From: Humisphaera sp.
GTDB taxonomy: Bacteria; Planctomycetota; Phycisphaerae; Tepidisphaerales; Tepidisphaeraceae
Reading direction: 5' to 3'
NCBI GenBank assembly: GCA_036276235.1
Contig: DATBDZ010000403.1
Location: 7,100 to 71,099 of the forward strand
DNA: 64,000 nucleotides
Below are positions 61,923 to 64,000 of this stretch, piece after piece. Position 1 is the first letter of the stretch. The number at the start of each line of letters is the position of its first letter. The position numbers were made by a program, and so were the translations under genes. The notes under the pieces were generated by a model. The model saw nothing but the letters and a program-made list of their open reading frames with translations, did not search any database and was not told the origin of the DNA.

Positions 61923-64000
61923 ATGCGTTCCTTCCTTGTGGGGCTTGCTTTCCTCTTGCTTGCTTCAGCGGGCGCGGTCGCTCAGGTGATCGGCTTTGTC
62001 GAAAGCGTCGGCTACAACGGCTCCTTCCGCCCCGACTCCTGGACGCCGATGCTCGTGAACCTTCGCTCGCAGGTCAGCGAGCCGATGAGCTATCAGCTTC
62101 AGGTGTGGCAGGATGACCTGGATCGCGATCGCGTCGTCTATACCAAAGACATCACGCTCAGCCCCAGCGCGCAGGATAAATTCCAACTCTATTTCATTCC
62201 TCGACCCTCGGATAACAGCCTGCCGGTCGGCAACACCGCCGAGTTTCAGCGAGCGGTGCAGGTTCGGATTTGCCTCCCGCCCAAGCTCGGGCAGCGGCCG
62301 GAAGATGCGCGGGTGGTCGTCGATCGTCTGCCAGCACTGATTTCGGTCGATAACATGGACCCGGGCGAGTACGCCGGCGGCATGAGCCGATCGAGCAACA
62401 AGGGAAAGCGGTCGGTGATTTATGTCGCCGACAGCAACGAGAAATTTACCAAGTCGTCGGTAGCGCTGGGCGACACGCAGGAAACCATTTACAACCCCGT
62501 TCCCGCCAGCGAGCTCGGCGAGAACGTGATCTATTACGGCGGCGTCGATGCCGTGCTTTGGCTCGGCGCAAATGCCGATGACCTGGACAAAGGTGGCGCG
62601 CATCGCCTTGAAGCGCTCGAGCAATTCGTCCGTCAGGGCGGGCATCTGGTGGTGTGCCAGCCAACAGAGCGCGGCAAGATCGCCGCCCTGGCGCGCCTGC
62701 TTCCAATCGAGCTGAAAGATGCTTCAGACAACTGGCTGATCACGATGCGAGATCGGCCAACGCTCAACGATAAGCTGGATGTTCTGCCGCGCATGGGTGC
62801 GAAGCGATGGGATGAATCACCGGCCGACCTGTGGGGCGTGGCAAAGGGCCCGTTCAGCATCGCCATTCCCAAGCAGCTCAAATCTGATGCGGTCGCGGAT
62901 CGTGTTTGGCCACAATATTGGGATGACAAGAAAACGGAATCGACGCCGTTCATCGTCCGCCATCCGTATGGCCTTGGCGCGGTGACATGGGTGGCTCAGG
63001 ACCTTGGCAATCCGAATTTCCAAAACTTCCGGCGATGGCCTTACATCTGGGAGCGGGTGTTCGGATGGAATGATGATGACTATGTCGATGGGGATTTTCC
63101 CCTTTCGTCGAGCCCACGAGTCAACCGGTCGCGCGGGGGGTCGGGGTTTCAGGTCCCGAGTTCGACCACTCGCACGCCCGCCGATGACTACACAACGCCA
63201 ATGGGCTCCGGCGCGGTCGATTTAGGCGCCTCACTTGTGAAGGGCATGGATTTCCAGGCCAAAGGCGCGGCTTACGTTTTCGTGGCGATCCTGTTCTTCA
63301 TCGGCTATTGGATTGCCGCCGGGCCGGGGACTTATCTGTTTCTTTCCAATAAGGGCAAGCGCGAATTGAACTGGTTTGTCTTTGGACTCTGGGCATTCGT
63401 CGCGACAGCGCTCACGCTCGGTGTCGTGCGCGTGCTTCTGCGCGGCAGCCCCGAAATTCGACATCAGACTTTCGTCCGGATGGCGCCGGGCGAGGCGGCG
63501 GTCGTCCATAGCCGCATCGGACTTTACATCCCGCGCGATGGGTATCAGACGATCGAGCTGAAGGACACCGCCAAGGACGCGGTCAGCTATATCACGCCGT
63601 TCAACGTTCACCCGGCCTACTGGACCAACACCGACTACCCGGCGGCACAGGATTACTCGGTGCCGATCCACGATGATCCGCAGCCGGTGCGCATCGAAGT
63701 CCCCTACCGCAGCACGCTGAAGAAGCTTCAGGCGCAGTGGATCGGAGACATTCAAGGCAGCGTCGCCGGGCGGCCGGAGATCGTATCTACGAGTGAAGGC
63801 TACATCGGCCAAAGAGTTACAAATCAGACCGGGGTTGATCTGAAGAACGTCTACTTCGTCTTCAATCACCTTTCCAGCGTTGATGGAGATGTCTCATCGC
63901 GGGATTGGGTGCTGAGAGTCCCCGAATGGAAGAAGGATGAAACGCTCGATCTCTATAATGAGTTCAACAATTTCGCGAGCGACATCATCCTGACAACCAA
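61923..64000 (+). CDS. large exported/membrane hypothetical protein, 3'-partial (runs off the window)
   Basis: Absent from the ORF track because it has no stop inside the window. Hand translation from ATG 61923 gives MRSFLVGLAFLLLASAGAVAQ... and 692 codons without a stop. Hydrophobic spans lie at about 63260-63430. Confidence 0.75.
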   Translation, partial: MRSFLVGLAFLLLASAGAVAQVIGFVESVGYNGSFRPDSWTPMLVNLRSQVSEPMSYQLQVWQDDLDRDRVVYTKDITLSPSAQDKFQLYFIPRPSDNSLPVGNTAEFQRAVQVRICLPPKLGQRPEDARVVVDRLPALISVDNMDPGEYAGGMSRSSNKGKRSVIYVADSNEKFTKSSVALGDTQETIYNPVPASELGENVIYYGGVDAVLWLGANADDLDKGGAHRLEALEQFVRQGGHLVVCQPTERGKIAALARLLPIELKDASDNWLITMRDRPTLNDKLDVLPRMGAKRWDESPADLWGVAKGPFSIAIPKQLKSDAVADRVWPQYWDDKKTESTPFIVRHPYGLGAVTWVAQDLGNPNFQNFRRWPYIWERVFGWNDDDYVDGDFPLSSSPRVNRSRGGSGFQVPSSTTRTPADDYTTPMGSGAVDLGASLVKGMDFQAKGAAYVFVAILFFIGYWIAAGPGTYLFLSNKGKRELNWFVFGLWAFVATALTLGVVRVLLRGSPEIRHQTFVRMAPGEAAVVHSRIGLYIPRDGYQTIELKDTAKDAVSYITPFNVHPAYWTNTDYPAAQDYSVPIHDDPQPVRIEVPYRSTLKKLQAQWIGDIQGSVAGRPEIVSTSEGYIGQRVTNQTGVDLKNVYFVFNHLSSVDGDVSSRDWVLRVPEWKKDETLDLYNEFNNFASDIILTT

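Noticed and set aside
61965-63869. Minus-strand ORFs 61965..62645 and 63231..63869
   Set aside because: They are antisense to the uninterrupted 692-codon plus-strand frame, which has a signal peptide and TM helices.

Overview
High-GC bacterial chromosome segment. The gene content looks Planctomycetota-like to me: PEP-CTERM, DUF1080, DUF1028 and DUF4159 proteins, a MoxR/DUF58/BatA cluster, CxxCGYDLR...CPECG zinc-ribbon tails, and giant beta-helix proteins with SLREAI-type module heads. This taxonomy is inference only. I support about 45 protein genes, one tRNA-Ile(GAU), several intrinsic terminators and many short intergenic repeat families. I saw no rRNA, CRISPR, transposase or integrase.

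Main blocks:
- 1-6.1 kb: secreted hydrolase, RTX protein and beta-propeller protein.
- 6.4-11.1 kb: minus-strand run of small or unknown proteins.
- 11.1-13.0 kb: repeat-dense non-coding stretch holding what I read as an RT-less group II intron.
- 13-22 kb: purB, a PEP-CTERM protein, a GH15-ferredoxin fusion, a yqjD/E/K-like stress module and csp.
- 22.9-39.3 kb: ten co-directional genes linking MoxR-DUF58-BatA-vWA-DUF4175-like-DUF4159 to a tetrahaem cytochrome, a thioredoxin-HEAT protein and a SIMPL protein.
- 40.5-52.7 kb: a single 4054-codon ORF.
- 53-57.4 kb: a truncated gene next to the tRNA, then a BlaI/BlaR1-like module with a duplicated sensor domain.
- 57.8-64 kb: sugar-uptake and GH43 genes, a receiver protein, and a long ORF that is missing from the supplied track.

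All family assignments come from reading motifs by eye. No searches or numerical calculations were run.
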